From contig CAJFCJ010000003.1 in NCBI GenBank assembly GCA_904063045.1, positions 1,054,001 through 1,118,000 on the forward strand: a DNA stretch of 64,000 nt, read 5' to 3'. Origin of the DNA: Dimorphilus gyrociliatus. Taxonomy: Eukaryota > Animalia > Annelida. The notes below the pieces were generated by a model. That model was not told the DNA's origin and ran no database searches. It was given only the letters and a program-made list of their open reading frames with translations. This document shows positions 1 to 13,319 of this stretch, piece by piece; position 1 is the stretch's first letter; each line of letters opens with the position of its first letter. The translations under genes were made by a program, and so were the position numbers.

Positions 1-165
1 AATTTAATAGATTTTTAGAGATTTTGACCATGAATACGCTATTCGCTCTATTGATATATGAAAGAAGATATTTTTAAGTTAAAAATAGAAAAGAGTTTTG
101 CTAAATGTCAGCGAGGACAGACGATTGCAATTAGATAAAATTTAATGTGTCACTACTTGTTACAG

Positions 166-1128
166 CTTATTTAAAAGAGAACAAAGACAACTTAAAAGAT
201 TGTGGAGATGACGAAGAGGCAGATGACGAATCCGGCTGCATAGTAAAAGATAGTTGGTCAGCAATTGATTGCCACGAGGTAAGGAAAATATTTTTAGAAT
301 TATTCTGTATATATATGATAAAATGGCTTATTGTAATTGACACACAAAACTTGATTTATCTTCGATATCCTGACTTTTTTAGACTTCGTTTAGCTATAGA
401 TAGGCAGCTAATAAGAATTAAGACTTCATTATCTATAAGCATAAAGTTTTTAATCATGTCGTAGAAAGAAGTAAACTCGATCACTATATGGTATTCTTCC
501 ATAAACGATTCTGATAGTTACCTTCAAGATAAAAAAGACATGCGGCTTATATATTAACAGTAGATATAGATAGTAAAACAAGCAAATCTCGTTGAAAAAA
601 AAAGACATAGTCTCTTGAAGGAGACTTAATGTTTTTTTTAAACAATTTTTATAAATATAGGCTTGATAAAGAATATCTATAATTAAGAATGCTGTCTAAT
701 ATCAGTTTAACTATTTTCAGAAAAATGATTATGGTTTCACATCTTCTACGCCATGCGTTGCGCTTACTCTTAATAGAATATACGGTTGGAAACCAGAAGT
801 TTTCGAAAGTGGGAATACATCTTCAGACATCCCGGCAGAAGTACAAGCAAAATTTGACGGCAACCATGTTGTTGTCGGATGTTTTGGAGAAAACCCACTA
901 GATAAAGAATTAGTGGGTCAAATTCAATATTCAGTTGTTGGTTTCCACAAGAAATTTTACCCCTACAAGCAACAACGTGGATATTTGTCACCAGTCGTCA
1001 TGATAAAATTTAAAAATATTAGAGAAGGTGTTCTTGTGCAAGTAGAATGTAAAGCTTATGCCAAAAATATTAAACATCACCGTAACGATAGAGCGGGTTC
1101 GACGCATTTCGAGATTATCTCAGATTAA
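166..1128 (+). CDS. ATP1B: Na+/K+-ATPase beta subunit, last two coding exons (166-278, 721-1128); 5' part lies upstream of the window
   Basis: Acceptor tacag|166, donor GAG|gtaagg at 279 and acceptor ttttcag|721 join in phase 0: YLKENKDNLKDCGDD..GCIVKDSWSAIDCHE|KNDYGFTSSTPCVALTLNRIYGWKPE..GCFGENPLDKELVGQIQY..FYPYKQQRGYLSPVV..VECKAYAKNI..HFEIISD*. All six extracellular Cys and the YG-x5-PC-x4-LNRIYGW and FYPY motifs of X,K-ATPase beta subunits are present. Paralog not assignable. Confidence 0.93.
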
Positions 1129-1245
1129 ACGTGGTTTTTTGTTTAACAAATTTAAGTTTTAGGAGCGTTAGATTATATTTTCCTTTTTTTTCATTTCATA
1201 TTATTATCCCATTGATTTATTTGTTGCGGTTGTAATGTTTGTGTG

Positions 1246-1293
1246 AAAAAGCGGGCTTTTTAAAACATTTCGAGCTTCTTAAGCCCGCTTTTT
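1246..1293 (+). other. 13-bp perfect inverted repeat (hairpin) in the probable ATP1B 3' UTR
   Basis: aaaaagcgggctt (1246-1258) ... aagcccgcttttt (1281-1293) with a 22-nt loop, about 120 nt after the stop codon. Confidence 0.6.
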
Positions 1294-1554
1294 TGGGTTG
1301 TTAATTTCTTTTCCGTGAATATTTTCCTTTTGCAAACGCGGTTGGTAGTGTTTAAAATCAGCCTATAGTCTTTTTGAAATACTTATGGCCCGTTTTCATC
1401 AACTGCGTTAAAGATAAATTACTTAAATTACTTTTATTTTTAAAACATTTCATTGGCTAAAAATATTAATATTTGTAAAAAATGAAACCTCAGTTCCATT
1501 CTTTTATCTTTTATCTTTTAAAAAATTTCTGTGCTTTCGTCGATCATGTATGAA

Positions 1555-1765
1555 TGTACATATACATATATAGTGTATATAAATATATTCATTTGCATAT
1601 GTATATATATATGTATGTATATATATATGTGTGTGTACAAATATATTAGCATGTATATATATATAGATATGGATATATGATTATATATATATATATATGT
1701 ATGTGTGAATTTATAAATGTACATATATATATATATTTATATATATATATATTTGTATATGTTAC
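1555..1765. repeat. Compound (TA)n/(TATG)n low-complexity tract
   Basis: Read directly from the sequence; explains the spurious YI-rich ORF 1518-1724. Boundaries approximate. Confidence 0.85.
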
Positions 1766-4125
1766 ACTAATTTTTATCCAATATGTTCTTTTTTAAAAAG
1801 ACTGTTACCGCTCTTGGTGAGACTGGGCCGTTTCCATGTGTGTATATTCTCTGCGTCATATCTGTTTTCGAAACTAGTTTTAAAAAAAAAAGATCCAATG
1901 TATATTCTTGTTGTAGTGTTATGAAAATTCTAGAAAATTTTTTTTCTTAAAAAAAATGGGTATGTTGGTAGCGTTGGCCAAAGCTGATAAAAGAGATAAT
2001 ATTTATAATTTAATCGGCTTTTGTCTGCGTGTTCTAATTGGCTGTACGAGTTTTTATAGGTTGGATTCGCTTTTTACATATTGAGCACACTATGCATATT
2101 TTGGTAAAGATGATGATGATGATGATGAATATTGGCTGCATAATTAAGAAGACTGTAAGGCGCATAATGGTGAGATAGCAATATTTTGCGGCAAATTGTG
2201 TAAGGATGTCAGTGCGTGTACTTGTATGCTTCAAACACATTCATTTCAGGTAGATTACTTTTTATATAAATGTATATACAATACATATATATATATATAT
2301 ATACTTACATGTATACGTATGTGTATATATATGTATACGTATCAGTTCTAAATTAATTGTATTTTACCTGCAGCCTTTTCGAGTGTAAGTCTATCGTAAT
2401 AAAAAAAAAATTCCAAGTTGCGACTGGTGTTTATTCCTTTGTTATTAAAGCGAAAGATGTGTGAGTGTTTATTCAACGGTTGTATGTAGGTGATGTGACT
2501 GTTATATTATAACACTATTATCTAGAATTTTTAATACAAAAAGTAACCACAATTTTCCAATGGATAGTTCTCTTTTAATAAATTTTCTCAAATCCTTAGG
2601 TATAAATATTCTTCTGCTGAATCATTAATGATATTTCTCATATGCTTTTACCCCTGTTTACTAAAAGATTTTCCTTTGTTTAGCCAGTTTCCATGGAATA
2701 GCATCAATTCTTAAGCGCATAAACAAAGGAAACATTATATAATTATATCTAGCGCATTAAAAGCGTCAACAAACGCTTGCTTAATTTCCAAGGCAAATTC
2801 GTCATCTTCTCTCTTGGTCGATATTTTTTTACAAAGCAAATAACATATGCGAGCGTCTCTTTTTATGTTCCTTAATTTAGAAATAGACAAGGCTTTATAT
2901 GAATTCATTAATACAATAGAGATTGGAGAAAACAAAAAACAAACTGCTAATTGCATTCGTCGCCCCCAATTACATTATTTTCATTACGAAGTTCTTCTAA
3001 TAGTATAGTTTATTTTAAAGCCGAGAGTTGTAGGAGACTGGCCTACTGGACGACAACTATACAACCGCAATTTGTCCAGAATGGGGGACTATGGTAGTGT
3101 AGAATAATGTGTTTTTAAATGTTTCACTGGTAGATTTAATTGATATTGACAAACGTAAATAGTTAAATATTTAATAAAAATGATTAACTGAAAATATTTG
3201 TATATAAAGTCTAAAATAGGGCAAACATATTTAAAATAGGCAAACTCTTTGCGTTCCTAATACATTTCGGCCTTCGTTTTTTTTTTATTCTTATTCTTCT
3301 TTTAGGTATTACGTTATCGCTAATGTTCTTCTAAAAGCTTGTAATAAAATAGCATAAAGATTAGGAAATTTAGAGGAGTAAAATAAAGAAAAAATGTACA
3401 TTTGTATTTAGTCTAATCTTTTACTTTACTGCAAACAGAAATAAACTTCTTTCTAGTTTAACTATACCTAATTTTCCATCTGTTTGAAGGTTAAGATTCT
3501 TATTTCTTCTATCTATCTCTTTTTTTTCTCTCTCTCTCCCTCTCTTTCTACTTGTATCCAGCTATTTCAATTAGGACAATTTTCTATCTATTACATAACG
3601 TTCTCATAGCCTTAGAAGTCGTTCAACTCGCACAAATAAATAAGCCTTATTGTAATGTTTAAAAGTCTTTCATATTTTCCTATAATTCCCATAGGAATGC
3701 AATAAACAGGAGCAACTTGACCAGTTTGTCTGCGTTTTTTCTTACTCTTCCTTCACCACTTACTTATCCTAACGCCCTGATATTAAATAGCTGCCAGACT
3801 GTATTTTATGAAGTGTTTTTATTAAATTTCAACACAGAATATCTGGTTATTAGTTATTGAACGATCATCCAACTGGAAAAAATAAGAAATCGAAAAATTA
3901 TAGAAAAGTGTCAATTCCATAATATTTACTCATGAATAAATTATGACCATTCATATTTTATTGGTAGTTTCATTTATAAATACATAAACAAGTTGTTTCA
4001 CGTACGATATATAAATATAACAATACACATATACATATCTATATTCTGCAAATATATAAATATACTCAATATAGACAGTATATATATACACTTTATATAT
4101 AGTATATACATATAACATACATGAA

Positions 4126-4127
<2 letters not shown>

Positions 4128-4164
<37 letters not shown>
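4128..4164. repeat. (TA)n microsatellite
   Basis: Uninterrupted TA run. Confidence 0.9.
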
Positions 4165-4168
<4 letters not shown>

Positions 4169-6317
4169 TAGCATATAATATCCTATCTTTTTCGCCAGAA
4201 GGAATCACTATCCGTCGCAAGAGGTCAAGGTTGTTCGAAAATAATAAAAGAAATGAAGCTTAGATGTAATTGTGTTTCACTGCTGTGTAATTTCCAAACA
4301 ACGGATGGTATTGGTTAGTTTTTTATGTATATCAAACATTCTTTTCTTTCCCTCCTCAATGTTAAAGAAAAAGACTCTCCTTTAAAAAAATAGGCTAGAA
4401 AGAAAAAAGACAGAGTCAGCGTAAGATAGAGAGAGAGAGAGAGAAAAGAGGGAAGAAGGAAATATACCGAGGGAAGAAGAGAAAAAAAGTGATAAATATA
4501 GCAAATGGACAAGCTCCACAGAGTAAAGAAGGCTAGTTTTTGAATTAAAAGGTGTTTAACAAATAAAGGATATTACGGAAAGAATAAAATATTCATGTTG
4601 TATAAATTCTTACTTATCATCAAAAGTAATTTAGCTTTTAATATAGATAGAAATGACATACTTAATAATTAATAGGGGTAAATCGACTTTGAAGAGGGAC
4701 AGACAAATTAAGGTTACTTCGAGAGCTTATGAAATTTTTTTTCAATATTTTACGTATATATAGATTGAAAAGGGAAGCTAATTAACGTAGTCAACACCAT
4801 GAAAATCGTATTGATTATAGAACGACATAGATTGCTATAGGAGAATATATTATTCCTCTGGCTTAATTATCTGTCGTCCAAAGAAGGATGCAAACAATTG
4901 GTCTATACAGCTGTTTCCTATCTACCCATCCTACTGTATACTGGCAAGGATCAACCACTTTTCTCTGTTACTTTTCTTAATTTATACACGAATTGTAAGT
5001 GCTTAGTAGATTGCAGTATGCTATATGCTAGTATATACTAAAACACTTATTCCCTTCTCAGTCGCTGTCTTCTTTTTTCCTTGTCATTCTTTCCTTCTCT
5101 ATCTAACTGTATTTCATTCCATCTTTCTTGCTTTTTCAGCTGTAATAAGCTTCTTTCCTTAATTAGGATTTTATATGTATTTTTCTTCTTTCAATTAACA
5201 ACTGCCTCTTTGTGAAAATATGGTTTACCTAGTAGAAAATCATTTTTAGAGGTCCGTTAGTATTAATACTGAGCGTCTAATATGGGTGAAAGTATCGCTA
5301 AAGTATGCTTTTTAGGTGAAATAAATCCATTAGAGATGAGTCGAATGCAAGACGAAACCCCACTGAGGGTTTACTACCACAGTTTTTCGTCCTACTGTTT
5401 CCAAAAGCTTGTCACTTTCTATTATTAGCTGATTGATGATTGGCTGGTTATAATACTTATCCAATCACTAAGCGTTTGACAAAGGCAACGCCACTGTCTA
5501 TCATATGCTTCTTATGCAACCTCATTTTCATCTTACTTCTTCCTGACCCACTTGGGAAAGTGAAAGGAATATTCTTCCTTTGTTCAACGACTTTAATATA
5601 TTTCCTGAGCAGAGAATAGGAAATTGTCAATATTCTTTATACTTTTTATTATATAATTAATCCCTTATTTAATGTTTTAATTAGTTCGTTAAGTGATCAG
5701 TTTCTTTTCCCAGTTATTAAATTATGACGTGTTTACAAAAAAAAACCTATAAAAAATGATCTTTAAAGGGAAAGAGCCAAATTATTTCCTGTGAAGTAAA
5801 GAATTGTGGCTGACCTAATTTGTATTATAGTCTTTCGAATAAACGATTTATAAGGAAATGGTTATTTTCTTAATGTCACGTGAGTAAACAGGTAAATAGT
5901 TGAAAAACAGGAAATAAAATTCGTACTTGCTATACAAAGATAAAGACTATACATGTATTAGTATATATGTATATACAGTGTATTATACAGATCGCTTTTT
6001 CTTCCTTCATCTTATCCTTATTCTACTCTCCCCACTCTTTGTCTTTTTACATATCCGCCCCTCCCACTTCCCAAAGGTTACTTGAGTACTTAAAAAAAAA
6101 AGAGGGAAAAAACAAAGGTGAAAATAGGTTAAAAAAGAGAGAAAGAAGGCATTGGCTGTTTTAATATATAATTATTTATTTTTGACAGGTTATTTTCACA
6201 AGAACAATTAATTTTTTTTTATGTAAAATGTCTGACAAGAGGGAAAAAGATCATTCATATATATATATATATATATATAATTTATTGTTTATTTTAAAGA
6301 CTTTAATTAATGACACA

Positions 6318-6323
<6 letters not shown>

Positions 6324-6368
<45 letters not shown>
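6324..6368. repeat. (CT)n microsatellite
   Basis: Uninterrupted CT run of about 22 units. Confidence 0.9.
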
Positions 6369-6370
<2 letters not shown>

Positions 6371-9267
6371 ATAGATATATATTATCGCTATTTTATGCCT
6401 ATATTGAAAAGATTGATTGAAAAAAAAAGCTAAGGTAATAAGAGAAAAATCCTTGTTTAAACTTTGAATGTAAACATTACAAAGTATATATAAAACGATC
6501 AAACTAAACTCAAATACTTTTTGATAAAAGAAGTTAAGAATTAAAAAAACTGTCGTATCTCCCTCTTTTTCTTTTTTTATCTCTTGTTCTATCCAATTTA
6601 TACGAAAAAAAAAAGAAAGAAAAAGGGAACGATTTTGTACTTTCTAAATGGATAGGTATAAAAAAACTATCATTAGTTCATCATCTTCAAAGATGTTACA
6701 AATGGAGAGGGTAAGGAACACAAGGAAAGGAAGATTTTATATTTATTGTAGTTGGAACACTTTGAAAATGTATAAGAAAAATTGCTTCGAGTCCTTTTTA
6801 TCGCGTATTTTCTCATTATTTTATCCAAAAAAGAATTTATTATAACTACTTTCCTTTTACTTTGTAGAAAGAATGAGAGAATAACGTCTTTTTTCTCTCT
6901 CTTTTTCTTTTACTAATTCATTTATTTCGGTGAATTTCCGAATTTCAACTTTCCCTATTCTTCCTTTCTTGTTTAAAGCTTTTGTAAAAAAATCAAAACA
7001 AACGACTAATGTTTTTTAAGGGAAAAAAAGGAGGGGAAAAAAAGAGAAGAATAAGAAAAAAAAAACGATATCAATAGATCGATCTTGAGTTTGGAAATAA
7101 CTGTAATTAACGAAAACTAAGCCTAACGCCAGCGGAAGATAGAAAAAACTTCTTTTACTAATTATTGATGGAAAAGAAAGTGTTATTACAGGTAAGAGAT
7201 TAATTTCTTAGCTTTACAACTTAAAATTTAATATATTAACGGAAAAATTACAGGTAGAGAGGCAAAAGTGAAAGAAGAGTATTGTTATTATGAAGATCGT
7301 ATAATCATAACACTACAAAGAGAAAGAGAAAAACATAACAAATACCTAATTGTAGTAATTTAAAAAAAAAAGAACAGGGAATTTCTCAATTACACCAATT
7401 TCTATCAACCGATGGCTTCAAACTGATTTTTGCTTGTGTAAAAATTGGCTTCTACTCCTTAAAAGGATTTTTTTTGTTAAAAAAAAAAGAGGGGAAAAAA
7501 TCTATAAAATCGAAAGGAAAAATCTATTTTAAGGACAGAATAACCATTAAGGAACCGAGTATTCCGCTTTATTGTACTTTACAAATAGGTTTACGAATTT
7601 CTAAATTACCTATTGAATATAGATCTTATTGCAAGTTTATACCTGTGGAGCATGCCTAGGTTTAAAACAATATAGGTAATATTTGAAATGAGTCAATGTT
7701 ATTAATTCCTTATTATTGATGCTACAAACAGTATAACCATTATTATATTGAACGTATAATGAAATTTGCCTCTTTAAGCTTTAAAGAATGATATTAGCAC
7801 CTAAAATGAACTTAAAAGGATTGATAGAAAACTCTAATAAAGATTATTTATTAATGAGTCGCTTCGTAGTAGACACATTTCTTTGCTTTGATAAAAAGAG
7901 ACTCAAAGTCGACATCTAATTTGTGAATGAAATCAATCAGATAATTTTATTAAATAATAAAACAAGTGTATAAATGTATGGAAATATATGCTTGTCTATA
8001 TACTTTATCCGCTTTAAAGAGTTAAATGAAATAATAATAAACTAGAAGGAGAACATTGTAGCAAACACTCTTTCTTTGGTTTAATTACAATCGATCAAAT
8101 TTCGTGAGTATAGCTTGAAAAGATCTTATCCTCTTTCATCTTCTTAACGAGATGAAGAATAGTTGAAGATACTTCGAAACAAAATAAATAAAATATATAT
8201 ATATATACAGTATATACAGTATATACACTGATCTGACTCTTTTAAAACAATACCCTATATTTTCTTTCTTTCTCTTTATGTCCTCTCTAATAGCTATTCA
8301 GTCAATTAGTTTTGCTAGCAAAAGAGGGCGCTCATATCTCTATACATCAGAATATTGATTTTAGGTTACAGGTATCCTAAAAAAATTGGAATCTTAATTT
8401 CATTCGAATAAATTCTTAAAAGTATTTTCGTACAAAAATATACTTTATACCAGTTTTTTTTGAATAATTAATTTCCTCTTTTAAATTTTTATTTATAAGA
8501 TATGTATGTAGTATTTTTTTTCGTATAACTAATTCTAGAAAAACGACGAACAGAGTCAAGGGCATTTCAAATATTTGTCATGTTATTTTCGTACTTTTAA
8601 AGAACGTGGTTAAGAATTTTTATAGTTGAAATTATCTAGCAGATCTATTATTTTAATATAAAAAGGAATTAATTAAATAAAGTGCGAACTTTTTACAATG
8701 TTTAATTTATATGGTATTTTAGCATATTACTCTGTTTTAAATAATAAACTGTAGATGTCGCTTCATATAGTATTCAAAAGAAATATGCTAATGAATGGAG
8801 AAATAGAATGGATATAATTACATTAAGAACGCAATAAATAGCATACGAATAAATTACAATTAATTTAAATCAAATATAAATCAATAGAAGAATTTTTTAT
8901 ATAATTAATTGTTAATGAACAATATACAAAATTACCAGTTTTTACTTTTAAACAATAGAAGAATTATTTCAACTTCTATAAAGGATAATAGATACGAAAC
9001 TTAACTAACTAATTAAATAATGTAATTTTTTTAATTAGTAATTAAATTAAGAATTTAAATCAAAATTTTAAAGTTTAAATATGCAGTTATGGATCTTTTA
9101 ACAAAATAGAATCACATTTTGTTGTTTCATTTTCTTTGCTCCGTAAGATAATCATAAAGATAACCTTCTTAACAGAAATCTAATAGTTATAAACAAAGTC
9201 GAGTAGATATATTTCAAAAGGTTTTTTGTTTATATCTTGAACATTTACTCTACATTGCTGTTGTAAT

Positions 9268-10027
9268 ATGGCATTTATTAGATCTTTACTTAAAACGAAA
9301 TATATCAGGTATTATTTATCTTATTTACAAATATATTTATAACCATAGTTTCTCAATTGCGTTATAGTCACTTGAAAATATTTTCAAAGATGGAATATAG
9401 CAGCTATCAACCAACTAAGAGTCTAGAATCTAACAACTCCAACATACAAGATATCAATGGTGATTGGCATTCAAATACTAACGATCTTGATGAAAAATGT
9501 CTTCTTATTCATAGTAATTTAGTATTTTGCTACTCTTTCAAAAACGGAGTTGATAGCTCCTATAAGAACTTAATTGGAAATACATTACCATACTTTTTTG
9601 CTGTGGCTTTTATGAGCGAAGAAAAAAGGGAAAACGTTAAAGGACACTTGATAGATAAGCCAATTGTAGAATGGCCTACTCATTTTAAGGTATATATTCA
9701 TTTTTAAAGTAATTTTTATCTCATTAAAGATCATGTATGTATACTTTTTCTTTTTAGAGACATAAACTAGATGTGGGTAGGTGGAGAAGATTAGAAGGTT
9801 TCGTTGATATGATACCACAGATAGAAAGCAATTCTACTCTTTCAATAATAGAGCGTTTGGAGATAGCGTTAAATTCTATGAAATTGTTAGTCTATCTGGA
9901 AGATTCAAGACAAAAAATCGAAATGAATGATTTATTGGAAGAAATGTCTGTTCAAGGATCATCTCTGTCGGCTGAAAGCGAACAAGCTTTTACAAAGTTT
10001 CTGAATTCCCTATTGAAAACACCGTAA
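9268..10027 (+). CDS. Uncharacterised ~210 aa protein; 3 exons (9268-9308, 9368-9689, 9758-10027); possible mitochondrial presequence
   Basis: Two canonical GT-AG introns of 59 and 68 nt (typical size for this window) join three open segments in frame (phase 2, then phase 0): MAFIRSLLKTKYISHLKIFSKMEYSSYQPTK...KPIVEWPTHFK|RHKLDVGRWRRLEGFVDMIPQ...FTKFLNSLLKTP*. I recognise no family. Exon 1 is less certain; an alternative start is the ATG at 9390. Confidence 0.7.
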
Positions 10028-12846
10028 GATCACATTCTGCATTGTAAAATAAAAATACAATATACTAATATATGCTAATGTTACTGTTAAAATATTAAAT
10101 AGATGGAAAGAGAAACTTGTCAAGAAATAGTGGAAGCAATCGATTAAATTTCATTTATGAACAATTCTTGTTGCTTGCAGTATGGGAGAGTATTGAAGGA
10201 ATGAATCCTTCAGACACATACAAAGTGTTCATATCTCAGTAATAAGCTTTAAACAAACATAGTAGCATAAACAATGACACCGTTGTTTATCTAACAAATG
10301 TAATAAAATAAATTTTAACTAACTAATTAATGGCAAAATTGATTTAGAGAGTGAGAGAGTGAAAGAAAATGTATTGTATTAAAGAATCGGCTTTAGTCAA
10401 GTACACATTATACTTTATACAAAATCCGTTACTGTAATCCTTACCTTATCTTTATACCGCTTAAGACTAATCTTGTTAATTTCTGCAATTCTAAACCTTT
10501 CGTGTTACTCTAAAAATTTCTAGGGTGACATTATAGAAGCATAAAAACGTTATTCTTGTATTTCAACAATTGTACATTTAGATTATAAAGGAGAGGTCTT
10601 GCACACTATGCATTCTACATTTAAAAATATATATATACATATACAGTATATGCGGTATATCATTCATAGCAAGTATACAGTAAATGAGAAATCTAAGAGA
10701 CAGAGGGGAGAGGGAGAGGGAGCGCTAACAGATTAGGGTAGAATAATAAGTATAATCATTTGCAAAATGTTAAATAGATTTCGCACCTATGATTTTCTCA
10801 AATTATTTTGGCATTTTCATTAGAAAAGATTATCTTTTACTTTTACCATCTTGACCTTTATGTACAATGAACTAGGATTTAGATAATTTATCCTAACTAC
10901 CTAATAATGATGAAATCTTCAGGTAAGGAAATGATATTTAGGGAAGAAATTAATTTGAAAGGGAGAGAGGAAGGAGAAAGAAAATTTCATATTACCATTT
11001 TATCTTATTTATTCATTTGGTAAATATTATTCAAAACATTTTTCTGATGTACTGTTTATACGAATTAGCTAGGTAAATATTCTATTGTCATAATTTATGA
11101 TTTATATCTCATTAAAAGCAATTCCTTTGTATATATTAGTAAAATAATATAATGTGTATATTACATAAAAAATAGATTTCTGTTTTTTTCCAAGTGGAAC
11201 TAGTTTAATAATTATTTTAGTTATAAAGTTAGGTATATACTATACAGTATATGAATTAATATATATTTATGTATAAATATAGATGTATGAAGACATAGAT
11301 TACTTTCTGACTAGTACTGGTTGAACTAGTACCCAATTAAAAAATAGCATCATTCAAAATAATTTTCCAAGAAAAGAAGGATTCTGTTCTTACAACTTTT
11401 AAGACTTTTTAGGAATTTCTTTTCCCGCTTATCATATCAATATCTCGTTCCTTTTCTCTCTCTCAAACCTAATTAGAATTCAATTATTCATAAATGAATG
11501 GAAAAATATTGTTAATAATTAATCGTTAATAATTAATATGTTTATCCATTAGTCTTAACTACTAAGTAATCTTTGCGAATGGTTTTCCCTTCAATGTATA
11601 TAACTGTTACAAATTACTAATTTTTCAAGGAAAACAACATTCTAAACGTACTGCTAATTTATTATATGAAAAGAGGGAGGGAGAGAGAATAAAATCTCTG
11701 TCTTTGTCTCTCTTCTCCAGAATTCTAGATATAAACGAACGAAAAACAAGACAATTAAAAGGTGGGAAAGGTGTATAATTTAAAATACACAAATAAGTAC
11801 AGTTTTATGCTTAAATATGTATAAAGAATAAGATTAAAAAAAGCACCAAAGTACGTGGCTCTAAAAGAACTAAAACTGTATGATTTCCCATTTTTAGACG
11901 TGTTTTTTTTATATCTTCTTCATCAATTGTTTAAAAGTGTTAAAATCAAGGATAATGTAACTAATAGATTAATAGATCCTTTATTTTTGGGAAATTAATG
12001 ATTATGCAGTTTTTTTATGGCTTCGAGGAGAATAAAAAGTCCAATTTTATGGTGGAAATTCTAATCTTTCTCTCTCCCAAGATAGTTTTGTAGCGAGTAT
12101 TGTTACGTAGGTCACCCAAAATATATAATTCTTAGTGCAACTCGTTGAGGAAAATAGGAGTTAATTGGAACTTTCTCTTCGAAGGTTATTTAAGAAAATT
12201 AGTACATTTTCCTTCATTTTTCTGTTAATTTAAAGAAAGTCTTTTGAATTTAGAGGAGCATGATCATTAATAATTCTTATTAGGATCTTAGGACGATACG
12301 GAAATGATTATTTTGCAGCTGATACTGTATTCATTCTGCTTTTCTTGTTTGCAGATGTTTTTTACATCTTTTAAAGTGATTTTTTGATGTTTATCCCTTA
12401 ATTATTCAAGCATTGTTTGAAGGCTTATTGTCCTATTAAGAAAGGAATTAGAATATAAAGATTGATACTTTTACGGTTTACATTGTAAACAGGCTTTCAA
12501 TTGATAATTTTTTTGTAAAAAGAGATGTCGCCACTGTGTATTTGAGAAGAGAAAGAGAAAAAAAGGCATTGTTAATATATTCCTTTTAGATTTCAAAAAA
12601 GAAAGAAGATATTCTTAAGGAAACAAGAGTTATTGTCGATATATCTTCTATTACGTCATTTGCATCATTAAATTGTAGGTGTTTTATAAACAATTGAGAA
12701 AACTAACAGATTGAAAAGAATATATGGGTAACTTTTTTTTATTAGGATAACAAAGAAGAGTGGAGGGAGGTAGAGAAGGGGAAAATTGGAGAGAAAGAGA
12801 AAAAGAGGATTGAAAAGAATAGAATTATTAAAAAAGAGAAAGGGGG

Positions 12847-13319
12847 ATGGATAGCAGGCATTCAGACTCAACTTCATCAATTGTTGAGAAGCCGTTAAGG
12901 AAAGGAGAGGGGAAAGGGAGACTACATAGGCCTGAGCAAACTATAAAACTCTTCTTATCAGATCACGTGATCGTCTCGGAGCGCGCACTTGTCCGACTTT
13001 TTTTCCTGCAGTCGGTTGTTTGCAGTAGACTGCAGTAGAGTGAGTGAGTGTACCGCGAGCGAAAACAAGTTGATTTGTTACTATTCTCGTAGCCGGATGG
13101 GTATAAAAATAGATTTCATCTATTTTTAGCATATCGCCCTTTTTCCCAGGCTAGTATAGCCTTTCTTGTTACCTGTTACCGTCTTGTGAGTCGATTTTTT
13201 TTATAACGCCGCCAAGAGTACCGAACGACAGCGACGTACTGTAAAATTTTGTTCTCCGCTTTTGTTCTTTGCGAATCGCGACTGCAAAAGGTGTGCATTA
13301 AATTTCAATTAAACCTACA
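12847..13319 (+). promoter_or_regulatory. Probable promoter / 5' UTR of the DGK gene
   Basis: Locally GC/CpG-richer island with the palindromic E-box GATCACGTGATC (12961-12972), directly upstream of the first coding micro-exon. TSS not determinable. Confidence 0.5.

Noticed and set aside
2030-3110. Short ORFs on both strands (2034-2240 minus, 2735-2956 minus, a 53 aa plus ORF from 2847) and a few good splice signals (2249, 2373-2384, 3021)
   Set aside because: I could not chain them into an open spliced frame and recognised no motif. May be a lncRNA or decayed sequence.
7168-7191. ATG-initiated phase-0 micro-exon MEKKVLLQ with strong donor CAG|gtaaga, a possible further first exon for DGK or the orphan gene
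   Set aside because: No similarity to the MNC exons, no promoter evidence, and it would nest a same-strand gene inside DGK. Such matches arise by chance.
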